Assembly: GCA_949915905.1 (NCBI GenBank)
Contig: CATLEQ010000001.1
Location: 1 to 48,061, forward strand
Reading direction: 5' to 3'
Source: an uncultured Lachnospiraceae bacterium
GTDB lineage: Bacteria; Bacillota; Clostridia; Lachnospirales; Lachnospiraceae
DNA length: 48,061 nt
How positions within the stretch are numbered: position 1 is the stretch's first letter; the number at the start of each line of letters is the position of its first letter. The notes under the pieces were generated by a model. The model made no database searches, was not told the DNA's origin, and was given only the letters and a program-made list of their open reading frames with translations. Position numbers and translations under genes: made by a program. Below are positions 11,932 to 20,382 of the stretch, piece by piece.

Positions 11932-13125
11932 ATGGCTAAAGCTAAATTTGAAAGAACAAAACCGCATGCTAACATTGGTACCATTGGCCACGTTGACCAT
12001 GGTAAGACAACTCTGACGGCTGCTATCACGAAGGTATTGTCCAAGAGAGTAGCAGGAAATGCCGAGGTTGCATTTGACAACATCGACAAGGCTCCGGAAG
12101 AGAGAGAGCGTGGTATCACGATTTCTACCGCTCACGTTGAGTATGAGACGGAGAAGCGTCATTACGCGCACGTTGACTGCCCAGGGCATGCCGATTACGT
12201 TAAGAACATGATTACCGGTGCCGCACAGATGGACGGCGCCATCTTGGTCGTAGCCGCTACCGATGGTGTTATGGCTCAGACGAAGGAGCACATCCTTCTG
12301 TCCCGCCAGGTTGGTGTACCTTACATTGTCGTATTCATGAACAAGTGCGACATGGTAGACGACGAGGAATTGCTTGAGTTGGTTGAGATGGAAATTCGTG
12401 AGTTGCTTGACGAGTACGAGTTCCCAGGAGACGATACCCCGATTATTCAGGGTTCCGCGTTGAAGGCTTTGGAAGAGCCGGACGGCGAGTGGGGCGACAA
12501 GGTTATGGAACTGATGGACGCGGTGGATAGCTGGGTTCCGGATCCGCAGCGTGACAAGGACAAACCGTTCCTGATGCCTGTAGAGGATGTGTTCTCCATC
12601 ACTGGACGTGGTACGGTTGCCACCGGCCGTGTGGAGCGTGGTACGCTTCATGTATCTGACGAAGTGGAAATCATCGGTATCCACGAGGATATCAGAAAGA
12701 CCGTTGTAACCGGTATCGAGATGTTCCGTAAGTTGCTTGACGAGGCTCAGGCTGGTGATAACATCGGTGCATTGCTTCGTGGCGTTCAGAGAACTGAAAT
12801 CGAAAGAGGACAGGTTTTGATTAAACCAGGTACGGTTAAGTGCCACAAGAAGTTTACCTGCCAGGTATACGTATTGAAGAAAGAAGAAGGTGGACGTCAT
12901 ACTCCGTTCTTCAACAACTACAGACCGCAGTTCTATTTCAGAACGACGGATGTGACCGGTGTCTGCGAGCTTCCGAGCGGCGTGGAGATGTGCATGCCTG
13001 GAGATAACGTAGAGATGACCGTAGAATTGATTCATCCGGTAGCCATGGAAGAGGGTCTTGGATTCGCTATCCGTGAAGGCGGCCGTACGGTAGGATCAGG
13101 CAAGGTTGTTAAGATTATTGAGTAA
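11932..13125 (+). CDS. tuf: Elongation factor Tu
   Basis: [31 protein letters not shown]. Confidence 0.99.
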   Translation: MAKAKFERTKPHANIGTIGHVDHGKTTLTAAITKVLSKRVAGNAEVAFDNIDKAPEERERGITISTAHVEYETEKRHYAHVDCPGHADYVKNMITGAAQMDGAILVVAATDGVMAQTKEHILLSRQVGVPYIVVFMNKCDMVDDEELLELVEMEIRELLDEYEFPGDDTPIIQGSALKALEEPDGEWGDKVMELMDAVDSWVPDPQRDKDKPFLMPVEDVFSITGRGTVATGRVERGTLHVSDEVEIIGIHEDIRKTVVTGIEMFRKLLDEAQAGDNIGALLRGVQRTEIERGQVLIKPGTVKCHKKFTCQVYVLKKEEGGRHTPFFNNYRPQFYFRTTDVTGVCELPSGVEMCMPGDNVEMTVELIHPVAMEEGLGFAIREGGRTVGSGKVVKIIE

Positions 13126-13149
13126 TCTGTATAAGGCTAGATTTTATGG

Positions 13150-13180
13150 GGCTTCTGGAAGTTTTTCCAGAAGCCTTTTT
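13150..13180 (+). terminator. Intrinsic terminator of the str operon
   Basis: GGCTTCTGGAA-GTTT-TTCCAGAAGCC followed by TTTTT. Confidence 0.9.
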
Positions 13181-13529
13181 GAAATTCGAACGAGGAAACT
13201 GATTAATGATGAGTCGGAGTAAGGATGAATGTCACGGGGAGACTTCCCCTTTCTAATTGATTGTGTAGTTACTTTAAAGAAATGAAGTGGCTATGCTGTT
13301 TTGGGTTTTATATCTTTTTAAGTAGCTTCCAATTTTGGTGAGGCATGGTTATTCTCCTCTAATGTATGATTTCGAAAAACGACTTCCACAACTTCCAAAA
13401 CTTATATTGAAATTAATTCAAATTATTGAGGTTTATATATATCTGTGATATAATTTTAAACATATTATGTAATGTTCGGTTATAAATTTTAAGATGAAAG
13501 AGCAAGTAAAAATGATTCCAAAGAAAAAA

Positions 13530-13702
13530 TTTCCTTGTTCAGGTCAGTACCCAACATATAGCCCGATGCAGATAGCGAAGGTAATAAAAAGTCTTACAGT
13601 AAAGGAAGTGTTTTCAAGGCATCCGCAGGTCAAGAGAAAGTTATGGGAAAGAGCTTTTTTGGGTCATCTGGATTTTATGTTGCGATAGTGAGCGAACACG
13701 GA
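13530..13702 (+). pseudogene. Degraded IS200/IS605 TnpA (Y1 transposase) fragment
   Basis: Reading across frameshifts gives FLVQ-SV-PTYSPMQIAKVIKSLTVKEVFSRHPQVKRKLW...SSGFYVAIVSEHG, the C-terminal half of Y1 TnpA; the N-terminus is missing. Confidence 0.8.
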
Positions 13703-13783
13703 GTTTTAATCGGTAAATCAGAGGATTTTAAGAAATAAACCGTATGATCGTATGTGCAAAGGGAATAATAGGAGCAGGATAAA

Positions 13784-15052
13784 ATGGGCGAATACACATG
13801 GAAGAAAAGTGAACAAGAAGGTTTAGAAGATTTATATAATCTTGCAAAAGGACAAAATAATCGTATTAACCTTAATTTGGTCTATATGACTATGAAAGTG
13901 ACAGATGAAAATTATAATGAGATTATGAATTATTTCAGGGAGCGAGGAATCGTAATGATTCAGGATGATGTTGAGCCGGATGTTACTGCGTATGCTTGTG
14001 AAGGGGAGAAAATTCGGCCTTTTGATCCTTCCAAGATTGACATTACCATGAAACCGTTGACGTTGGATTCTTTGTTGAAGCGTATACAAAAAGGGGAGAT
14101 TGAATTTGATTCCTCTTTTCAGAGAAAAGCGGGTTTGTGGGATAAAAAACAAAAAAGCCAGCTGATAGAGTCTGTTTTCTTACGGATTCCCTTGCCAGCA
14201 TTTTATTTTGACGCTTCGGATGAAGATAAATGGCTTGTCATAGATGGATTGCAGCGGGTGACGGCCTTGAAACAATTTGCGGTGGATAAAACTTTAAAGT
14301 TGCAGGAAATGGAATTCTTTCCAGAGTTGAACGGGTGTGCTTATGATCAGCTTCCAAGGGCGTTTCAGAGACGAATTGATGAAACGGTGATTAATGTTTA
14401 CCTGGTGAATCCGTCCACTCCGCCTAATGTAAAATACAATATTTTTAAGCGGATTAATACGGGGGGGCTTGCATTGGAGGCGCAAGAAATCAGAAATGCG
14501 TTATTCCAAGGAAAGTCGACCCAATTTCTGCAAGATTGTGCCGGGATGCAGTGTTTTGCATCTGCCACGGGGGGGAGCGTGAAAAGCGAACGAATGCTTG
14601 ATCGAGAATTCGTGCTTCGGTATGTTTCGTTTTGCTATTTGGACTTGAATCAGTATTCTGGAAATATTGATGAGTTTTTGAATGAAGGGATGAAATATTT
14701 AAATTGTGCGCCAGAGGCAGAATTAAGTCATATAGAACAAGAATTTGAGCGCGTGATGGATAATATGTATAGATTGATGGGAAGAAACGCTTTTAGAAAG
14801 ATATGTTATGATGGGCGTAGGCGTCCAATTAATAAGGTGATTTTTGAATCGTGGTGTTATGTAATAAAGAACTTGTCCCAGGCGGACGCAGATAGGTTGG
14901 TTCGATATAAGGATAAAGTACAAAAAGAATATATGGAACTATGTGAGAGCAAGGATTATTTATCTTTATTAAAGTCAACGGATAAAAAAGCGGTATATTC
15001 TCGGATTAATCGTGTGGAAACTCTTGTTAAAAGCATTTTGAAAGGGGACTAG
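13784..15052 (+). CDS. DUF262 (ParB-like) protein, Menshen NsnA-like, with an extra N-terminal domain
   Basis: FQR, ESVFLRIPLP, VIDGLQRVT and FKRINTGG DUF262 motifs; first gene of a 3-gene AT-rich operon. Confidence 0.85.
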   Translation: MGEYTWKKSEQEGLEDLYNLAKGQNNRINLNLVYMTMKVTDENYNEIMNYFRERGIVMIQDDVEPDVTAYACEGEKIRPFDPSKIDITMKPLTLDSLLKRIQKGEIEFDSSFQRKAGLWDKKQKSQLIESVFLRIPLPAFYFDASDEDKWLVIDGLQRVTALKQFAVDKTLKLQEMEFFPELNGCAYDQLPRAFQRRIDETVINVYLVNPSTPPNVKYNIFKRINTGGLALEAQEIRNALFQGKSTQFLQDCAGMQCFASATGGSVKSERMLDREFVLRYVSFCYLDLNQYSGNIDEFLNEGMKYLNCAPEAELSHIEQEFERVMDNMYRLMGRNAFRKICYDGRRRPINKVIFESWCYVIKNLSQADADRLVRYKDKVQKEYMELCESKDYLSLLKSTDKKAVYSRINRVETLVKSILKGD

Positions 15053-15054
15053 GA

Positions 15055-16158
15055 ATGATAAGTCAGATTAAGGTGAAGAATTTTAAATGTTTTGAAGAAA
15101 TGTTTGTGGAATGCCGGGAGCTTAATCTATTTACGGGAGTTAACGGCATGGGAAAGTCTACTTTGATACAAGTACTACTTTTGTTTCGACAGACGTATGA
15201 ACGCAATCGGTTTGGCCGGGATAATCACATAGTCTTGAATGGACGTTATGTGAGCTTGGGAAAGATAAGGGATATATCATATTGGTATAAAAAAGATGAG
15301 GATATTATTTTGTCGGTGAAAGAAGATGAAGCTGGTATTTGGGAATGCCGATATAGTGAGGAGGAACAAGCATTATTGGCGAAATACGATGGGGTAAGTC
15401 CAAGTAGAGATGGGCTGGCGGGAAACGGATTTGAATATATCTCTGCAGAGAGACTTGGCCCAAGGAGATATTATGACGATTTGGGAGAGGAACGTTTTGC
15501 CCCCACACAGATAGGGAGTAAGGGCGAATATGCGGCTTCGAGTCTTTATGCCTTAGGGAGTGACTCGGATTTCAAAGTATACGGGAACATGAAAAATCCA
15601 AGTGAGAGCAGCGAGAGACTGGAGTTGCAAGTTAATGCATGGATGTCAGAAATCTCCCCCGGTATCAGGGTAAAAATAATTCCTAATTTGGATTCCGACG
15701 TGATGGGTTTGCGCTATTCCCAGCCGAGCGTCATGGGCGAAGAGTCAGCAAATGCGATAAACATGGGATTTGGGGTATCCTATGCGTTGCCCGTCATAAT
15801 TGCTTTGCTCAAGGCCAGAAAAGGAGACTTGCTAATACTTGAAAATCCGGAAGCGCATGTTCATCCGAAAGGACAGAGGCAAGTAGGAGAGTTGATAGCG
15901 CGGGCGGTTGCCAATGGTGTCCAAATTATAATGGAGACGCATAGTGACCACATCTTGAATGGAATCAGAATTTCCGTAAAACATAAACGGATTCGGCCAG
16001 AACAAGTAAAATTGAATTATTTTTATGTGTATGAGGATGCCGACGGGATGATAAAACATGATATGACATCACCCGAAATTCTTTCAGATGGAAGTCTGTC
16101 CAATTGGCCGGACGGTTTCTTTGACGAGTGGGATAAGGCGGTGGATTCGTTATTTTGA
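15055..16158 (+). CDS. ABC/AAA ATPase with C-terminal DUF3696, Menshen NsnB-like
   Basis: Walker A GVNGMGKST, signature MGFGVSY, Walker B ILENPEAHVHP, ETHSDH, WPDGFFDEW. Confidence 0.88.
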   Translation: MISQIKVKNFKCFEEMFVECRELNLFTGVNGMGKSTLIQVLLLFRQTYERNRFGRDNHIVLNGRYVSLGKIRDISYWYKKDEDIILSVKEDEAGIWECRYSEEEQALLAKYDGVSPSRDGLAGNGFEYISAERLGPRRYYDDLGEERFAPTQIGSKGEYAASSLYALGSDSDFKVYGNMKNPSESSERLELQVNAWMSEISPGIRVKIIPNLDSDVMGLRYSQPSVMGEESANAINMGFGVSYALPVIIALLKARKGDLLILENPEAHVHPKGQRQVGELIARAVANGVQIIMETHSDHILNGIRISVKHKRIRPEQVKLNYFYVYEDADGMIKHDMTSPEILSDGSLSNWPDGFFDEWDKAVDSLF

Positions 16159-16176
16159 ATTGGAGACAAGGTACAT

Positions 16177-17112
16177 ATGATTTTGAATGAATTATCAATT
16201 CGAGGAAACAACATGGGTCGCGAGGATATCAATCATGCGATTAGCCAATTCCTAAAAGTTTGTCATAAACTGTTTCATGAAAAAGGAGACCGAGACTTTT
16301 ACTATACCAAGGAGTTGCTGACGGAGGATATGATATCAGGTTACAAAATTCATGACTGGCTTCATGATTCTGGAATTCCACAACAAGAAAAAGCTTTCTT
16401 CCGAACGATTATTAATAGGAAACAGTTGATTGAAGAAATGGACTTCCCAGGGAGTGAATTAATCGTTGAGGTCAATGATGGTGAAAAGACCAGTGCGGTT
16501 GGATGTCTGGCTGCCTATGAGTCGGAAGGTTATGTTGTCAGTATGAGTACTTCCTGCCGTTGGCAGGAGGAAGAAATTGTTGGAACCTATGTAACGTTAG
16601 AGCAGGAGGATCAGCAGGTATGTGTAGCAAATTGCTGCTTTGAAGAACAGTTGTATGTATTAGAGGAAAAAGAAAAAAACAAGGCTAAGTTGATGGTCTC
16701 TTCAGGAAAGGAATTGTGGGAAAAGAGAAAGTTGCTTTATCCACATTTGCGTTTTTGTGATACCGTACAAAAGCAGTTGGAAGAAGCGCGGATTTCTTTG
16801 CACGTTCAGATGGTCATGAAACGGCTTCAGGTGCTTGAGGATTATTTTCAGGAATTTGACGGACAATTTGACAAGAATAAAGTGGGACATGGGTGTCGTG
16901 GTGAATCGGAAACCGTAGAAACAAATGATGAATTGCGCAGATTAAGGATATTTCGAACTCCATATGGAAAAGACGAATTTTTTGGCTGGCATATTAGCTT
17001 TGCAGGAAATTTCCCGGGAAGAATACATTTCCTTCCTGATGCGGAACATGGAGTTGGCATTGTGGGATATATAGGAAAACATTTGCCGACGGGTAAGTTT
17101 TCTACTATATGA
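16177..17112 (+). CDS. Putative effector (NsnC-like) with a RelE-like C-terminal domain
   Basis: C-terminal 'FFGWHI...GRIHF...IVGYIGKHLPT' resembles RelE-fold RNase effectors; third gene of the cassette. Confidence 0.65.
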   Translation: MILNELSIRGNNMGREDINHAISQFLKVCHKLFHEKGDRDFYYTKELLTEDMISGYKIHDWLHDSGIPQQEKAFFRTIINRKQLIEEMDFPGSELIVEVNDGEKTSAVGCLAAYESEGYVVSMSTSCRWQEEEIVGTYVTLEQEDQQVCVANCCFEEQLYVLEEKEKNKAKLMVSSGKELWEKRKLLYPHLRFCDTVQKQLEEARISLHVQMVMKRLQVLEDYFQEFDGQFDKNKVGHGCRGESETVETNDELRRLRIFRTPYGKDEFFGWHISFAGNFPGRIHFLPDAEHGVGIVGYIGKHLPTGKFSTI

Positions 17113-17313
17113 TGGTAACGGGATTGGCTTCGGCTGATACGTGTTGGAGTTGATAATGACCAAGAAGCTTTTGAAAAGCATATGCTTGAAACGTTGGCTC
17201 GTTTTCGACAAGATGAAACAAATTGGAAAGTTAATGAATGCGTTTTTCTTGCGGATGTGTCCTCATTGTGTTATACTCTTTCAAGGAAGCGAAAAACACA
17301 AGAGGAGGATATT

Positions 17314-18702
17314 ATGAAGGAAAATTCAAATGCACCCATCCGGGATGCGAGTAAATTGGGGTGGCCTAAGATGTTGGTTCTCGGCGTGCAGCATATGTTT
17401 GCAATGTTCGGGGCCACGATTTTGGTTCCGATTTTGGTCAACAGCTATTTTGGCGGCGAACTGACGAGGGCGTTGACAGTGCAGGTGACACTGTTTTGTG
17501 CAGGATTCGGGACGCTGCTTTTTCATGTCTGTTCCAAATTCAAGGTACCGGCTTTTCTGGGATCGTCCTTCGCGTTCCTTGGAGGATTTTCCACCGTCGC
17601 GGGATTGGACAGTGGAATCTACGCGGGGATGCCGATGGAGGAGAAGGTACTGTATGCCTGCGGCGGCGTCGTGGTGGCCGGAGCCTTGTATTTCGTACTG
17701 GCTCTTATCATCAAGCTGGTAGGCGTAAAGCGCGTGATGCGTTTCTTGCCGCCGGTCGTGACCGGACCGATTATCATTTGTATCGGGTTGAGCCTGGCGT
17801 CATCTGCCATTAGCAATGCCTCGACCAACTGGTTTTTGGCAATCGTGGCGTTGGCGACCATCATCGTATTTAATATTTGGGGAAAAGGGATGTTCCGCAT
17901 CATTCCGATTTTGATGGGGGTCGTGATTGCGTATGCGGTGGCGTTGGTGATGCATTTATGTGGAATCACGAACCCGGACGGCAGCGCGATTTTGAACTTT
18001 GCGGCAGTGGGAGCGGCTGGCTGGGTAGGATTTCCGCCGTTTGCCATCTGCAAGTTTGACATTACGGCAATCCTTGTGATGGCACCGATTGCATTGGCGA
18101 CCATGATGGAACATATCGGCGACATGTCCGCCATTTCTGCGACGGTGGGTGAGAATTATTTGGCGGATCCGGGCTTGCACCGTACGTTGATTGGAGACGG
18201 ACTGGCGACTTCCCTGGCGGGCTTGGTAGGCGGACCGGCAAACACGACTTACGGGGAGAATACCGGGGTATTGGAGCTGTCCAAGGTGTATGACCCGAAG
18301 GTAATCCGGATTGCGGCAATATTTGCAATCCTGCTTAGCTTCATCCCGAAGGTGTCCTCCGTCATCAGCACGATGCCGTCGGCAATCATCGGCGGAGTCA
18401 GCTTTATGCTATACGGTATGATTTCTGCCATTGGCGTGCGTAACGTGGTGGAGAACAAGGTGGATTTGACAAAGTCCCGCAACTTAATCATTGCCGGTGT
18501 CATTTTCGTATGCGGCCTTGGGTTTGGCAGTGGATTGACGTTTGAGGTGGCCGGCGTGTCCATTACCTTGACCGGGTTGGCGGTAGCGGCACTTGCAGGA
18601 ATTTTGTTAAATATTATCCTCCCGGGAAATGATTATGAATTTGGCGTGAATGCGAGCGGAGATCAGCATCGCGGTGTTTCTGTGAGAACGAAGGCAGAGT
18701 AG
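17314..18702 (+). CDS. uraA: Uracil permease (NCS2 family)
   Basis: QHMFAMFG, MEHIGD, NTTYGENTG; GAGGAGG RBS; TTGCGG-17-TATACT promoter at 17249-17277; upstream of upp. Confidence 0.92.
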   Translation: MKENSNAPIRDASKLGWPKMLVLGVQHMFAMFGATILVPILVNSYFGGELTRALTVQVTLFCAGFGTLLFHVCSKFKVPAFLGSSFAFLGGFSTVAGLDSGIYAGMPMEEKVLYACGGVVVAGALYFVLALIIKLVGVKRVMRFLPPVVTGPIIICIGLSLASSAISNASTNWFLAIVALATIIVFNIWGKGMFRIIPILMGVVIAYAVALVMHLCGITNPDGSAILNFAAVGAAGWVGFPPFAICKFDITAILVMAPIALATMMEHIGDMSAISATVGENYLADPGLHRTLIGDGLATSLAGLVGGPANTTYGENTGVLELSKVYDPKVIRIAAIFAILLSFIPKVSSVISTMPSAIIGGVSFMLYGMISAIGVRNVVENKVDLTKSRNLIIAGVIFVCGLGFGSGLTFEVAGVSITLTGLAVAALAGILLNIILPGNDYEFGVNASGDQHRGVSVRTKAE

Positions 18703-18720
18703 GGAAAGGAAGTGTTTACA

Positions 18721-19359
18721 ATGGAAAAAATGGATAATGTGATAATTTTGAATCATCCGTTGTTGCAGCACAAGATTTCGATGTTGCGCGACAAAAATAC
18801 CGGAACAAACGAGTTTCGGAAGCTTGTGGACGAGATTGCCATGCTGGAGGGATTTATCGCGCTGGAGGATTTGCCGTTGGAAGACGTGGAAGTGGAGACG
18901 CCGATTGAAAAATGCATGACCCCGAAAATCGCCGGGCGCAAATTGGCGGTCGTGCCGATTCTGCGGGCGGGTCTGGGCATGGTGTCCGGCATTCTGGCCC
19001 TGGTGCCGACGGCGAAGGTCGGACATATCGGATTGTACCGGGATGAAGTGACGCATGAACCGCATGAATATTATTGCAAGCTGCCAAGTCCGATTGAGGA
19101 GAGAACCATCGTGGTGGTGGATCCGATGTTGGCGACCGGGGGCTCTGCGGTGGACGCGGTGTCCATGATCAAGGAGCATGGAGGGGTCAATATTAAGTTT
19201 ATGTGCATCATTGCGGCTCCGGAGGGCGTAAAGCGTCTTCACGAGGCACATCCGGACGTGCAGGTTTACATCGGGCATCTGGATCGTGAACTGAATGAAA
19301 ACGCGTATATTTGTCCGGGATTGGGAGACGCGGGCGACCGTATTTTTGGAACGAAGTGA
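18721..19359 (+). CDS. upp: Uracil phosphoribosyltransferase
   Basis: [30 protein letters not shown]; alternative GTG start 18712. Confidence 0.97.
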   Translation: MEKMDNVIILNHPLLQHKISMLRDKNTGTNEFRKLVDEIAMLEGFIALEDLPLEDVEVETPIEKCMTPKIAGRKLAVVPILRAGLGMVSGILALVPTAKVGHIGLYRDEVTHEPHEYYCKLPSPIEERTIVVVDPMLATGGSAVDAVSMIKEHGGVNIKFMCIIAAPEGVKRLHEAHPDVQVYIGHLDRELNENAYICPGLGDAGDRIFGTK

Positions 19360-19365
19360 AGAGGC

Positions 19366-19439
19366 AGGCGCACAAAGATGTATTTTGTCAGCATAGCTGA
19401 CTTGTGCGCCGCCGTAAGAACGCCGGTGGCGTTCTTGAA
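19366..19439 (+). repeat. Dispersed hairpin repeat family A, copy 1 (74 nt)
   Basis: 72/74 identical to 45085-45158. Confidence 0.92.
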
Positions 19440-19503
19440 AAATGTATCTGCGCTTGGCACCCAAAGAGTGGGTGCCAGGTGCTCATAGTGGGAGGAAACG
19501 TGG

Positions 19504-19929
19504 ATGAAGGATCAAAATTGTGGATATTGCATGAGAGGAGAGCTTCTCGATGCGTTTGGCATTTTTATTTGTGACTTGGACGTGAGTTCGTTGATTTTAT
19601 TTAAAGAGCAGAGCAAGCCGGGAAGATGCATCGTGGCTTACAAAGATCACGTGAGTGAAATCGTGGATATCAGCGACGAGGAGCGAAATGCGTTTTTTGC
19701 AGACGTGGCGAGGGCGGCGCGGGCCATTCATGCGGCATTTTCACCGGACAAGGTAAATTACGGTGCCTATGGCGACACGGGGTGCCATTTGCACATGCAC
19801 CTCGTGCCAAAGTATAAAGGCGGCGACGAGTGGGGCGGCGTGTTCCAGATGAATCCGCAGAAGGTCTATTTGACGGACGAGGAATATGCGGAGATGATTG
19901 AGAAAATCAAGGCGAATTTGACATCTTGA
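19504..19929 (+). CDS. HIT-family hydrolase
   Basis: HLHMHLVP histidine triad, N-terminal CxxC. Confidence 0.92.
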   Translation: MKDQNCGYCMRGELLDAFGIFICDLDVSSLILFKEQSKPGRCIVAYKDHVSEIVDISDEERNAFFADVARAARAIHAAFSPDKVNYGAYGDTGCHLHMHLVPKYKGGDEWGGVFQMNPQKVYLTDEEYAEMIEKIKANLTS

Positions 19930-19947
19930 ATAAAAGACAATTGGATA

Positions 19948-19976
19948 TTGAATAATAAAATACGAAGTGCTATAAT
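19948..19976 (+). promoter_or_regulatory. Strong sigmaA promoter for the two-gene HD islet
   Basis: TTGAAT-17 nt-TATAAT with extended -10 TG. Confidence 0.75.
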
Positions 19977-20016
19977 TGAAACACTATCAAATAAATCTTG
20001 CGGAGAGGGTGAGAAT

Positions 20017-20376
20017 ATGTGTTTCTACATTGGAATTGAAGATTTGGCGGCAAATGCTTTAATAGAATCAATGCGTAGGGCGGAGAAAACATTTTTGACC
20101 TATAAAGAGATAGAAAATTATGGTTCAAGAGTTGTTGGACTATTGAATAAAAAGGGTGAAAAAGCGATTCTGATTTTGTCCAGAGAAAGTACAAGTGCTT
20201 TGTTTCGGAATTATTCCGATTTTTTCCAGGAGAAAAATGTAAATGGCGAAATGGGCATTGAACTAAAGGAAGAGGTTACTCTGGAAAATTTAATCACCCA
20301 GTTTAGAGGGTATCTGGCATTAGATGTTTTAATGGCATTTGTAAATGATAGTTCTGTTCAGGCGTTGGGGGTATAG
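20017..20376 (+). CDS. Small hypothetical protein (119 aa) paired with the SAMHD1-like enzyme
   Basis: ATG after GGAGAGGG; stop 6 nt before the next gene; no recognised domain. Confidence 0.75.
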   Translation: MCFYIGIEDLAANALIESMRRAEKTFLTYKEIENYGSRVVGLLNKKGEKAILILSRESTSALFRNYSDFFQEKNVNGEMGIELKEEVTLENLITQFRGYLALDVLMAFVNDSSVQALGV

Positions 20377-20382
20377 TGGACA

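Noticed and set aside
11914-13035. 373-aa minus-strand ORF, and similar long antisense ORFs over proS, telA, upp, the reductase and purF
   Set aside because: Shadow frames opposite strongly codon-biased genes; no RBS or recognisable domain
13270-13360. Minus-strand RBS (AGAGGAG) plus ATG at 13346 giving a 12-aa peptide, perhaps an HTH remnant
   Set aside because: Too short and degraded to assign
17200-17313. PyrR attenuator upstream of uraA-upp
   Set aside because: The promoter lies about 35 nt from the start codon, leaving no room, and no PyrR binding loop is visible
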